Shown in pieces: positions 7,605-16,594 of a DNA stretch of 64,000 nucleotides; positions within the stretch are counted from its first letter, which is position 1, and every line of letters starts with the position of its first letter. The notes under the pieces were generated by a model. It saw only the letters and a list, made by a program, of their open reading frames with translations, had not been told where the DNA came from and searched no databases. The DNA is from an uncultured delta proteobacterium (GTDB lineage: Bacteria > Myxococcota_A > Polyangia > Polyangiales > Houyiibacteriaceae). Position numbers and translations under genes: made by a program. The stretch spans positions 192,001 through 256,000 of the forward strand of contig CAVOVB010000002.1 in the NCBI GenBank assembly GCA_963699755.1. The letters run 5' to 3'.

Positions 7605-8918
7605 CTAGATCAGCATGCCTGCGACCGCGGCAGTCATCAGCGAGGCGAGCATGCCTCCGAACATCGCTCGCAATCCGAGACGGGCGAGGTCATGACGCCG
7701 CTCCGGCGCGATTCCGCCGATTCCGCCGATCTGGATACCGATGGATCCGAAGTTTGCGAACCCGCAGAGCGCATAGCTCGCGATTACGACGGTCCGGGGC
7801 GATAGCTGTGCGACGCCCTCCGACAGCGACTCGTAAAGATGGAGGTAGGCGATGAACTCGGTGAGGACGATCTTCTCGCCGAGGAGGGTTGCGACCGCCG
7901 CGCACTCGGCGGCGGGCACACCGATCAGAAAAGCAAATGGCCAGAAGAGCCATCCGAGAATCTGCTGAAAAGTCAGAGGCGCCACCGCCGACCCACCGTC
8001 CAGGCCCATCCAATCGTTGTAGAGCTGAAACGGAAGGCCGAGGAGTGCGTTGCCGAGTGCGATCAAGGCGATGAAGGCCAGCAGCATGGCCCCGACGTTC
8101 AGGGCCAACTTCATGCCTTCGTACGCACCCCGCGCGGCAGCGTCGATGACGTTGGCGTCCGGGTTGTCGAGCTCGGCGACCAGCTCCTCGTCAGATTCGA
8201 GCTTCTCGGCTTCGGGCCAGATGACTTTGGCGATGACCAGCGCTGCCGGAGCGCTCATGACGCTGGCGGCGATCAGATGCCCGGCAATGTCCGGGAGGAC
8301 GCTCTTGAGCAGACCGACGTAGGCGGCCAGAACCCCGCCTGCGACCGTTGCAAAGCCCCCAGTCATGACCGCCGTGAGCTGCGACATGCTCATCTTCCCG
8401 ATGAACGGGGCAATCATCAGGGGCGCCTCGGTCTGGCCGACGAAGGTGTTCGCAGCCACGCAGAGCGTTTCTGGGCCGGAAGTCTTCATGGTTCGGCGCA
8501 TGATCCAAGCAAACGCGCCAACCAGGCGCTGCATGAGGCCGAGGTAGTAGAGGATCGTCATCAGCGACGAGAAGAAGATCAGGGTCGGGAGCACGTTGAT
8601 CGCGATCGTGAACTTCTCGGACGCGAAGGCACCGAAGATGAACGCGGTTCCTTGCGCCGTGAAGCCAAGCAGCGCGAGCACCATGTCATTCAGCACCGCG
8701 AAAAGCCGGAGCCCGATCTCGGTCTTCATCACGAAGAGGCCAAACGACACCTGCAAACCGATTCCCCAGGCGATGACCCGCCAGGGCACCCGGTCGCGAT
8801 GTGCCGAGAACAGCCACGCGATCCCTACCATCGCGAACAGTCCAAAGAACGAAATCACGCGCTGTTGGAACGGCACGACACCAAGGTCGGTGCTCAACAT
8901 GGCGGCCAGGCTATGCAT
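7605..8918 (-). CDS. nupC: Concentrative nucleoside transporter (NupC/CNT family)
   Basis: FVGQTEAPL, MTGGFATVAG, SYALCGFANFGSIGIQIGG. Start placed at ATG 8918. Confidence 0.92.
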   Translation of the reverse strand: MHSLAAMLSTDLGVVPFQQRVISFFGLFAMVGIAWLFSAHRDRVPWRVIAWGIGLQVSFGLFVMKTEIGLRLFAVLNDMVLALLGFTAQGTAFIFGAFASEKFTIAINVLPTLIFFSSLMTILYYLGLMQRLVGAFAWIMRRTMKTSGPETLCVAANTFVGQTEAPLMIAPFIGKMSMSQLTAVMTGGFATVAGGVLAAYVGLLKSVLPDIAGHLIAASVMSAPAALVIAKVIWPEAEKLESDEELVAELDNPDANVIDAAARGAYEGMKLALNVGAMLLAFIALIALGNALLGLPFQLYNDWMGLDGGSAVAPLTFQQILGWLFWPFAFLIGVPAAECAAVATLLGEKIVLTEFIAYLHLYESLSEGVAQLSPRTVVIASYALCGFANFGSIGIQIGGIGGIAPERRHDLARLGLRAMFGGMLASLMTAAVAGMLI

Positions 8919-8940
8919 GGCAGCGGATACTAGCCGCTTT

Positions 8941-10209
8941 TCATTCGTAGGGTACGTCGAAGCGCGCGCGATAGGTCGCGAGGCGAGACTCGACATCGTC
9001 CTTGGTCAGGCCGAAGTCGGCAAGGGAATACTTGTGGCGGCCATACTTGTGTTGCTTGTTGACTCTCCTCGACGCCTCCATCACGCCTACGGTCTTGGGC
9101 TCGAGGTCGAGCCCAGCGGCTTCGTAGATGCGCGCGACCTGAGGCAGAGGGTCCCTGACCAAGTCGTAGTACGAGACGTCCACAAAACCTCGATCGTGCA
9201 CGCGCTCCCGTGTCGCGAGCGTTCGCCGCGCCATGTTCTCGATCTTCCGCAGCCAGTGTCTCGCGACCCTATTCGGATCGACCTCGTCGCTGAAGATCAT
9301 TTGCAGATGGGTGAGCATACTGAAGAGCGACGGGCTCGTCTTGAGTGGGTCACGATGGGTATGGACGATCGTCGCCGTCGGAAAAACCTCGAGCAGAGGG
9401 TCGAAATACTCCTGGTGGTGCGGCGTCTTGAGCACCCAGCGAACCTCTTCACCGATGCCAGGCCGCTGCCATTGCAGGTACTGCATCATGCGCAGGAGCG
9501 CTCGGTAGGCCGGCACGTGGTCCTGCTCCTCCAACCAGTTGGAGTAGGTGGGTACGTTCATCATCGCTTCAGGCGTCGTCGTGAGGAACGCCTGTTCGAG
9601 CAGGATCACTTCTTCCTCTGGCGCATCCGGCTCGGCCGGGTGGATTGCAAAGAAGCCGGGCGACATGTACTTGAGTGCCTTCGCCGCAACGGCAGCCTGC
9701 GCCAAGCGCGGGTCCTTCTTCTGCCCGGGCTTCTGCTTCGCGGGGGCTGGATTGATCGCCTCCCAGGAAGCAAGCGAACGAATCGCCGGGTCCTGAGCGA
9801 TCAAACGATGCAACATGGTCGTCCCAGTGCGCGCGAGGCCCGCCACGACGATTGGCCCCTCGACCGGGATGTCCAAGATCTCGGGGTGCCGCTTGATCGT
9901 GTCTTGGGCGACTAGCTTGTTGGTCAGGACCCCCACGATGCGGCCGCGAATGATCTGGTGACCGACCGGATTGAGCCGCGCCTCTCGATTGATCGACTCG
10001 ACCAGCACGCCCAGTGGCTCGAGGAAGGCCTCGTCGCCAAAGTCGTCGAGCCCTACCTTGCGCCGCGCGTCGGAGAGCACCCCGTGCACCGTGATCGGCT
10101 TACCGCCGATTCCCACCTTCGAAAGCGCTCGCCCCAGCCGATTCGCCACTGCGATCGGGGCCGGGCGGTAGGGCCGATCGAATCTGCTGGTGATCTCTTC
10201 CGAAGACAT
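8941..10209 (-). CDS. Sulfotransferase family protein
   Basis: PIVVAGLARTGTTMLH (5'-PSB loop), WVLKTPHH, HTHRDP. Confidence 0.9.
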   Translation of the reverse strand: MSSEEITSRFDRPYRPAPIAVANRLGRALSKVGIGGKPITVHGVLSDARRKVGLDDFGDEAFLEPLGVLVESINREARLNPVGHQIIRGRIVGVLTNKLVAQDTIKRHPEILDIPVEGPIVVAGLARTGTTMLHRLIAQDPAIRSLASWEAINPAPAKQKPGQKKDPRLAQAAVAAKALKYMSPGFFAIHPAEPDAPEEEVILLEQAFLTTTPEAMMNVPTYSNWLEEQDHVPAYRALLRMMQYLQWQRPGIGEEVRWVLKTPHHQEYFDPLLEVFPTATIVHTHRDPLKTSPSLFSMLTHLQMIFSDEVDPNRVARHWLRKIENMARRTLATRERVHDRGFVDVSYYDLVRDPLPQVARIYEAAGLDLEPKTVGVMEASRRVNKQHKYGRHKYSLADFGLTKDDVESRLATYRARFDVPYE

Positions 10210-10217
10210 CGAAGGAC

Positions 10218-11318
10218 TCAGAGCTCCGAGAGCTTCACAACCCTGGTCTGCGGCTCCGGATGCGCATTCGCCCGAACCCAGCGCCAGCACATCGTGCCCT
10301 CTTCATGGCCGACGGTATCGATCCAATTGTCGAAGCCCTTGTTTTCCGCGGCAACCACCACTTGGACCGAGCCGTCGGGCCGGTACTTCGCGGTGTGCTT
10401 GTTCACGTGAACCTGGTAGTAGCGGTAGTCGAGCGACTCCATCCAGTAGTTGTTGAGCTGAAAGTTCCAGTGCTCGCATTCTGGGGGAATGGCATCGATC
10501 ACGAGTGCTTCGTCTGGCGCAAGCTTCCAGTAGCTGTGGTAGTAAGCGATGTCGGGCACGCCGCCGGCCATGTTCGAAACGTTCTGATCGAATCGCGGCA
10601 GCTTGTTGGTGTGCTTCTTGAAGCCTTCGGCCCAGCTTGCGAAAAGCATCGCAGCGCCAGCCACCAGCGCTGCCGACTGGGTCAGCCCATCTGCACAGCT
10701 CAGCGGATCGAAAGGTGTTGGCATTCCGTCCCCGCCCAGGCGCTCGATGTGCAAGTCCGCGATCGTTTCGTTCTGGCGGTCCAATCGCGTTTGGCGCACG
10801 ATCAAGGTGCCCGTATCCTTCTCCATCGGAAGCCAGTTCCCTGGCTTCTCCTTCGTGCTCAAGATGATCTCGAAGCTCCCGTCGGGCGCGACTTCCAAGG
10901 TCGAGGCTTCGAGGTAGCCGGTCGGCGGCATGCCACGGCCTTGTCCGTAGTTTCCCTTTTGCGTGAAGAAGCCGAGGTAGTGAACGGTCCCACGATTGCC
11001 CCAGATGCGGTACTCGTGTTCGCCACTGACCGCCGCATTCTGGTAATAGTTGTCGGGGTGGTCGGCGCCCATCTTCGCCGTCTCGTGCACCACCCGCTGC
11101 AGCACCGGTGCGAGCGGGTCGTTGTGCTCTACGAACGTTTGCAGCGCTGCACGCGTGATCCTGCTCAGGTACCGGAAACCCTCCATCCGATTCATCGGAT
11201 CGCTCGGCGTGTTGGTCCCAAGGACCACGTTGCCGGCCATCTTGAGCGTATCGCAGAACTGGTTCCACACTGTTCCGTCGACGATCTCTTGTTCTCGCTT
11301 GCTCAGCTCATCACTCAT
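10218..11318 (-). CDS. DUF1214-domain protein
   Basis: GADHPDNYY, YRIWGNRGTVHY, WMESLDY, DNWIDTVGH. Typical sulfotransferase partner. Confidence 0.8.
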   Translation of the reverse strand: MSDELSKREQEIVDGTVWNQFCDTLKMAGNVVLGTNTPSDPMNRMEGFRYLSRITRAALQTFVEHNDPLAPVLQRVVHETAKMGADHPDNYYQNAAVSGEHEYRIWGNRGTVHYLGFFTQKGNYGQGRGMPPTGYLEASTLEVAPDGSFEIILSTKEKPGNWLPMEKDTGTLIVRQTRLDRQNETIADLHIERLGGDGMPTPFDPLSCADGLTQSAALVAGAAMLFASWAEGFKKHTNKLPRFDQNVSNMAGGVPDIAYYHSYWKLAPDEALVIDAIPPECEHWNFQLNNYWMESLDYRYYQVHVNKHTAKYRPDGSVQVVVAAENKGFDNWIDTVGHEEGTMCWRWVRANAHPEPQTRVVKLSEL

Positions 11319-11327
11319 GGGTCTCCC

Positions 11328-12341
11328 TCAAAGTACGTCGTGTTCGCGTAAGAGCGCTTCGGTCTTGCTCCAGAGCAACGCCCCGTTCTCCGGATCCATG
11401 GAGGCGTCCGATGACTCCTTGGCCCGCATCATATGCATGTACTCGCCGGTTCTTTCACCCATCTCGTCCGATGCGACCAGGTAATCGACTGGGATCGAAG
11501 CTTTTTCGGGGCTTTGGAAGAACAGAGCCATCAACGGCTTGAGAATCGGCTTGAGCCAGGCCGGCGCCTCACGCGCCATGTTCGAATTGACCGCGCCCGG
11601 ACAGAGTGCGTGAACACAGACGTCCGGGTTTCCGCTGCTGCCCCCGGGATTGAGCCGCCTCGAGAGCTCATGGAAGAAGGTCGTCAGGTGCAGCTTGCTC
11701 AGGCCGTAGTACTTCACTCCGTCCGCCACGCCATAGTCGATCGGCTCGCCGAACCTTTCGAAATCGATGGGAATCGAGCTCCTATGAGTCTCCGACGAGA
11801 TGAAAATGATTCGAGGTGGGTCTTCGGCCCGAGAATTGTGACCGAAGACCGCGTTGGGAATGACCCCGTCACGGAGCAAGCGGCGGAGCACGACGAACTT
11901 GGCCAAGAAGTTCACGGCAAACATCAGCTCGAGGCCGTGCTTGTTCGTGCGCGACGTGACCGGGACGACACCGGCATTGAACACCGCTACATCGAGCGTC
12001 ACATCGCGATCGCGCAGCTCGTCACAGAAGGCCATCATCGAATCGAAATCGCTCAGATCGACCTGCATCATCTCGACGCTGCCGCCTCCGCTTTCGGACC
12101 GAACATCTTCACCCGCTTCGGGAATCCCGCTACGGCAGGCCATGATCACGTGTGCGCCGCGCTTCGCGAGGCGAATCGCAATGCCCTTCCCCAAGCCGCT
12201 GTTTGCGCCGGTCACCAGGCAAATGCGTCCGTCGAGACGGACGCGATCGGGCACTGGCTCGACCTTTGGCTCCTTGCTGCGCAGATCGAGCACGCCACTC
12301 AGAACAGCCGTGAAAGGGTTTTGGTGTGTCCTACTGGCCAT
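11328..12341 (-). CDS. Short-chain dehydrogenase/reductase (retinol dehydrogenase-like)
   Basis: TGANSGLG, NAG, YGLSK (YxxxK). Confidence 0.9.
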   Translation of the reverse strand: MASRTHQNPFTAVLSGVLDLRSKEPKVEPVPDRVRLDGRICLVTGANSGLGKGIAIRLAKRGAHVIMACRSGIPEAGEDVRSESGGGSVEMMQVDLSDFDSMMAFCDELRDRDVTLDVAVFNAGVVPVTSRTNKHGLELMFAVNFLAKFVVLRRLLRDGVIPNAVFGHNSRAEDPPRIIFISSETHRSSIPIDFERFGEPIDYGVADGVKYYGLSKLHLTTFFHELSRRLNPGGSSGNPDVCVHALCPGAVNSNMAREAPAWLKPILKPLMALFFQSPEKASIPVDYLVASDEMGERTGEYMHMMRAKESSDASMDPENGALLWSKTEALLREHDVL

Positions 12342-12356
12342 AGCCCCCGCACTCTC

Positions 12357-12378
12357 GAGAACCTGGTCTCACTGTCAA
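12357..12378 (-). promoter_or_regulatory. Candidate -35 (TTGACA) followed by degenerate palindrome GAGACCAGGTTCTC
   Basis: Lies upstream of the SDR-DUF1214-sulfotransferase operon. Three mismatches to the TAGAACnnGTTCTA box. Confidence 0.35.
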
Positions 12379-13115
12379 CGGGCCCCCGTAATTTGCAGGT
12401 ATTCCGCAACGACGGCTCCCAAACCAACGAAGAGCGCACGCGCCATGAGCGCATGCCCGATCGAGACCTCATCGATCCGGGGCAGGGTCAGAAACGTCGG
12501 CAGATTTTGCAGGTCTAGGTCATGGCCTGCATTGACACCGAGCCCGTTGGCGATGGCGCGGTCGATCGCCCGGCGATAGAGCTCGAGACTGCCGCTCAGG
12601 GCATTGCCCCCCCGCGCGAACGCGCGCGCGTAGGGCTCGGTGTAGAGCTCGATGCGGTCCGCGCCCAAGTCCGCGGCCCAGTCGATTGCCGCCGGCGCCG
12701 GATCGACGAAAACGCTCGCCCGAACACCGTGCTGTTGAAAGCGCCGAATGATGTCAGCTAGGTCCTTCTTGGGCGTGTCCGCCGGCCAGCCGGCCTCGCT
12801 CGTGAGCTCACCGGGTCGAACCGGCACGAGCGTGCACTGATCGGGACATACCTTCTCGACGAGCTCGACGAGGCTGGGCCGTGGGTCGCCCTCGATGTTG
12901 TACTCGACGCGGTCGCGCTGCGGCTCGAGCCATGCGGCGATCTCATAGACGTCGGCCGGTCGGATGTGTCGCTCGTCTGCTCGCGGGTGAACCGTGATCC
13001 CTGGAGCCCCCGCCTCGACGCAGACCCGGACCGCGTCCACGACGCTAGGCGTCGCCCCTCCTCGGGAATTCCGAAGCGTGGCGACTTTGTTCACGTTGAC
13101 GCTGAGCCGCACCAT
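12375..13115 (-). CDS. pdxJ: Pyridoxine 5'-phosphate synthase
   Basis: LSVNVNKVATLRNSR, ITVHPRADERHI, NAGHDL, EVSIGH. Confidence 0.97.
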   Translation of the reverse strand: MVRLSVNVNKVATLRNSRGGATPSVVDAVRVCVEAGAPGITVHPRADERHIRPADVYEIAAWLEPQRDRVEYNIEGDPRPSLVELVEKVCPDQCTLVPVRPGELTSEAGWPADTPKKDLADIIRRFQQHGVRASVFVDPAPAAIDWAADLGADRIELYTEPYARAFARGGNALSGSLELYRRAIDRAIANGLGVNAGHDLDLQNLPTFLTLPRIDEVSIGHALMARALFVGLGAVVAEYLQITGAR

Positions 13116-13197
13116 CGCCGGCTGTCTTAGCTCCGGACCAGGGGTCTGTCAGCACAGCACCGGCTGGCTTCGCCTCAGGACGGGGCTAGACCCGGAA

Positions 13198-13211
13198 TGA
13201 AACATGTTCTA
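13198..13211. promoter_or_regulatory. KstR-type operator TGAAACATGTTCTA
   Basis: Exact TnnAACnnGTTnnA match in the pdxJ/PaaX divergent intergenic region. A TAGAAC half-site follows at 13222. Confidence 0.7.
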
Positions 13212-13250
13212 TTACTCCTCCTAGAACGGTCTTGAATTTTGCGTAATGCC

Positions 13251-14048
13251 ATGCACGTACACGTCAGCGCCAAGGCGCTTGTGTTGGAGGTCCTTTCGGC
13301 CGGCGAGTCAATTTATGACGGCGCGCTACCCGTCCGCTCTCTGGTGCAGGCCGCGTCGGTCTTCGACGTGGCTGAGAACAGCGTTCGCGTCGCCATCGTC
13401 CGCCTGCGTGGGGAGGGGCTCGTCGAGTCGCCGAGGCGAGGCGAGTATCGTCTCGGCCCACGCGCTCAGGTGGTCAACGACAAGATTCACGGTTGGCGAA
13501 CGGTTTCAGCGCGGGTGGGCGACTGGGACGGATCCTGGGCGGCGGTTTTCACGGCTGACCTTTCGCGTACCGATCGTCCTGCTCTGCGGCGCCGGCAACG
13601 CGCGTTTCGCTACCTTGGCTTCGAGGAGCTGAAGCCGGGATTGTTCCTCAGGCCGAACAATCTGACACCCGGCATCGATGGCCTACGTGACGAGCTGGTC
13701 GCCCTCGGACTAGACCCGCACGCATCCGTGTTTAAGATGGAAGAGCTCAATCCCGATCAAGAGCAGCGCGCTCGCGCCCTTTGGGATTGCCCTGCCCTGG
13801 AAGGGAGCTATTCGAAGCTTCACGGGGATCTGAGCGTCAGCTTGCGCCATCTGGAAGAGCTTCCACTCAACGATTCCGTACGCGAGGCATTTCTTCTCGG
13901 GCGCGAAGGCATTCGTCAAGTGGTGCTCGACCCACTCCTTCCGCAGCCGCTCATCGACGAGGACAAGCGATCGGCGATGGTCGAGGTCTTGCAGAGCTAC
14001 TGCGACAAGGGCCTCAAGCTCTGGGCCCGATTCCTAGTCATCGATTAA
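13251..14048 (+). CDS. PaaX-family transcriptional regulator
   Basis: ENSVRVAIVRL wHTH, WDGSW, LGF, DPLLP. Confidence 0.85.
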   Translation: MHVHVSAKALVLEVLSAGESIYDGALPVRSLVQAASVFDVAENSVRVAIVRLRGEGLVESPRRGEYRLGPRAQVVNDKIHGWRTVSARVGDWDGSWAAVFTADLSRTDRPALRRRQRAFRYLGFEELKPGLFLRPNNLTPGIDGLRDELVALGLDPHASVFKMEELNPDQEQRARALWDCPALEGSYSKLHGDLSVSLRHLEELPLNDSVREAFLLGREGIRQVVLDPLLPQPLIDEDKRSAMVEVLQSYCDKGLKLWARFLVID

Positions 14049-14099
14049 AGAGGTCCGTCCCCTTTTTCAGCTGGCCAATTCAGGTATGCTGGCGCGGAT

Positions 14100-15032
14100 A
14101 TGAAGTCGGCGGATTTTGAGTTTCAGACGGTGGACGGTGCGAAGCTGCACGTGAGCGGCTGGGCGGTCGAGAACCCCAAAGCGATCGTGCAGATTCTGCA
14201 TGGGATGGCGGAGTACGGATCCCGGTACGCGCGGCTTGCGCAGGCGCTCGCTGCGGCAGGATATACGGTGTATGCCCATGACCACCGTGGACATGGCCAG
14301 AGCATTCCAGAGGGGGCTCCACCCGGCCACATGGCGGACAGCGACAGCTGGAATCGCGTCGTGGAAGACGCTCACGGGGTCAATCGAGAAATCGCGAAGC
14401 GTCACCGTGACCTTCCCATCATCATCCTCGGTCACTCGATGGGCTCGTATGTGCTGCAACAGCTGCTTTTCGAGCATCCCAACGACATGGTTGCCGCGGC
14501 CCTGTCCGGCTCCACCGGAAAGCCACCCCCCATCGCCACGGTCGCCAAGCTGATCGCCAGGATCGAGCGCGCTCGCGTCGGCAAGCGCAAGCCGAGCCCT
14601 GTCCTGCAGAAGCTCACCTTTGGCGAATTCAACAAGCCGTTCGAGCCGGCGCATACCGAATTCGACTGGCTTTCGCGCGACCCCGAGGAAGTCGGCAAGT
14701 ACGTCGCGGATCCCCTGATGGGTTTTGCCGTGTCGACGCAGACCTGGTTCGATCTGCTGTACGGGCTCGACCGTATCTCGAAGCCGAGCAACGTCGCGAA
14801 AGTGCCAAAAGACAAGCCCCTCTACCTCTTCGCCGGAGACCAGGACCCTGTCGGTGACAACGGCAAGGGCATGAAGAATCTCTACGATGCGTACAAGCGC
14901 GCGGGCATTTTCGATGTTCGACTCAAGCTCTACCCGGGCGCGCGACACGAAACCCTCAACGAAACGAATCGCCAAGAGGTGACCGACGATTTCATTGCCT
15001 GGTGCGACGAAATCGTCGCGGCCCCAGCCTAG
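14100..15032 (+). CDS. Alpha/beta hydrolase (lysophospholipase-like)
   Basis: HGMAE, DHRGHG, GHSMG nucleophile elbow, DPVG, RHETLNE. Confidence 0.92.
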   Translation: MKSADFEFQTVDGAKLHVSGWAVENPKAIVQILHGMAEYGSRYARLAQALAAAGYTVYAHDHRGHGQSIPEGAPPGHMADSDSWNRVVEDAHGVNREIAKRHRDLPIIILGHSMGSYVLQQLLFEHPNDMVAAALSGSTGKPPPIATVAKLIARIERARVGKRKPSPVLQKLTFGEFNKPFEPAHTEFDWLSRDPEEVGKYVADPLMGFAVSTQTWFDLLYGLDRISKPSNVAKVPKDKPLYLFAGDQDPVGDNGKGMKNLYDAYKRAGIFDVRLKLYPGARHETLNETNRQEVTDDFIAWCDEIVAAPA

Positions 15033-15046
15033 GCCCTAGGCGAGCG

Positions 15047-15325
15047 TTACTTGTCGCGGAACACGATCATGCCGTGCGTGAGGTCGTACGGGGATAACGC
15101 CACCGTGACACGGTCACCTAGGATCACGCGGATCCTGAACTTACGCATCCGGCCACAGAGCTGCGCGCGCACCGCAGCGCCGGATTCGGTCGTCACTTCG
15201 AACTGGCCACCAGCGTAGACCTGACTCACCACGCCGTTGAGTTTGATGTGGTCGTCACGCTTGTCTTCCTGTTCGAAATTGCGCTCGAACTTCTTTTTCC
15301 TACCTCTTGGGCTACGTCTCGCCAC
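15047..15325 (-). CDS. infA: Translation initiation factor IF-1 with basic N-terminal extension
   Basis: GRMRKFRIRVILGDRVTVALSPYDLTHGMIVFR. AAGGAG SD before GTG. Confidence 0.93.
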   Translation of the reverse strand: MARRSPRGRKKKFERNFEQEDKRDDHIKLNGVVSQVYAGGQFEVTTESGAAVRAQLCGRMRKFRIRVILGDRVTVALSPYDLTHGMIVFRDK

Positions 15326-15545
15326 TCAGTCTCCTTTTTCGTTTCGCCGCAACCTAAGTCTTCTCGAAGCAGCTCGCCAATTTGATTGGTATCTTTATTG
15401 ATACCCATGGCGTACTGAGTTTTGTAGCACCCCCGATGGAAAAGTCAGCCGGAACCCACCGGGTGCGCTCAGCAGTGCCCCCGCCATTGGCGGCAGGTTC
15501 TGAATTGACACCACGCTGGCTTCTGACCACAAGTGGACCGGACCG

Positions 15546-16550
15546 ATGCTCGATCTGCCTCGACTCAAGCGCATCCGGCTCATGAAGCGCCCCATCGGTC
15601 AGGTGTTCTTCGGGCACATGGTCCTCGCGCCGAATTACACGTTCCTCCCTGGCATCGAGATCGAGATCGAGGGAATCGAGAAGATCCCGGACGAGCCGGT
15701 CATCTACGCGATGAACCACACCGACCGGTTCAATTACTTCCCCTTCATGTACAAGATCTGGAAGCTCAAGGAGCGCTACATCACGGTCTGGGTGAAGGGG
15801 AAGTACTATGAAAACCCGATCGTAGCGACCTTCATGGAGCTGACAAGCAACCTTCCGACCACGTCACGCGGGTACATCATCACCAAAGACTTCACCCTGA
15901 CGCTGGGACGGCGGCCGACCGAAGCCGAGTACGAGACCTTGAGGGCGCTCGTGAACAAGGAAGCAACCCCCGGAGAGGACTCGAGCACGGTCGATCTGTC
16001 TACGATTCCGCCCGAGCTCTTCGAGACCCGGCGCAACATCCTCGGCTTGAGCTTCGACCCTCGCGACTGCTCGTATGCGGTCTGCATCAATCGCGTGTTC
16101 ACAGCGATGATGGCCGAGTTCGTGCGGCTCAACGAGCGCTCGTTCGAGCTCGGCCTGGACCTGCTCGTTTTTCCGCAGGGCACGCGCTCGATTCGGCTGC
16201 CGCGAGGACGAATCGGCATGATGGAAATCGCGCTCCGCTACAAAAAGACGATCGTGCCCGTCGGCTGCAACGGCTGTGACCTGGTATACACCGGCTCGCT
16301 GCCGATCGGAAAGGCCGGCACCATCGTTTACCGAATTGGCGATCCTATTCCCTACGAAGAGCTCTCCGAATTTCACATCGACGGGGACTACGCGCCCTTC
16401 TCCGCGGAAGCCGAGCAGCAATATCGCGACAAGTTTCAAGGAGCGGTAGATCTCGTCATGGACCGTATCAATGATCTGCTCGATCCCGAGTACCAATTCA
16501 GCGATGACTTGCAGAGCACCGGTGTTCGCGGAACGTCGCGCTTTCTCTAG
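15546..16550 (+). CDS. Lysophospholipid acyltransferase-like protein
   Basis: NHTDRFN block I, VFPQGTRS block III, IVPVG block IV. Confidence 0.75.
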   Translation: MLDLPRLKRIRLMKRPIGQVFFGHMVLAPNYTFLPGIEIEIEGIEKIPDEPVIYAMNHTDRFNYFPFMYKIWKLKERYITVWVKGKYYENPIVATFMELTSNLPTTSRGYIITKDFTLTLGRRPTEAEYETLRALVNKEATPGEDSSTVDLSTIPPELFETRRNILGLSFDPRDCSYAVCINRVFTAMMAEFVRLNERSFELGLDLLVFPQGTRSIRLPRGRIGMMEIALRYKKTIVPVGCNGCDLVYTGSLPIGKAGTIVYRIGDPIPYEELSEFHIDGDYAPFSAEAEQQYRDKFQGAVDLVMDRINDLLDPEYQFSDDLQSTGVRGTSRFL

Positions 16551-16594
16551 CTCCGCGGTTGTTTCAATCATCGAATCGGGCTAGACCGGCGCTC

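Noticed and set aside
8596..12579. Long plus-strand ORFs (8596..9915, 10260..11351, 11433..12518)
   Set aside because: Antisense shadows of real high-GC genes, with no motifs.
15388..15405. GGTATC-TTTATT-GATACC inverted repeat upstream of infA
   Set aside because: Short, single occurrence; no function can be supported.
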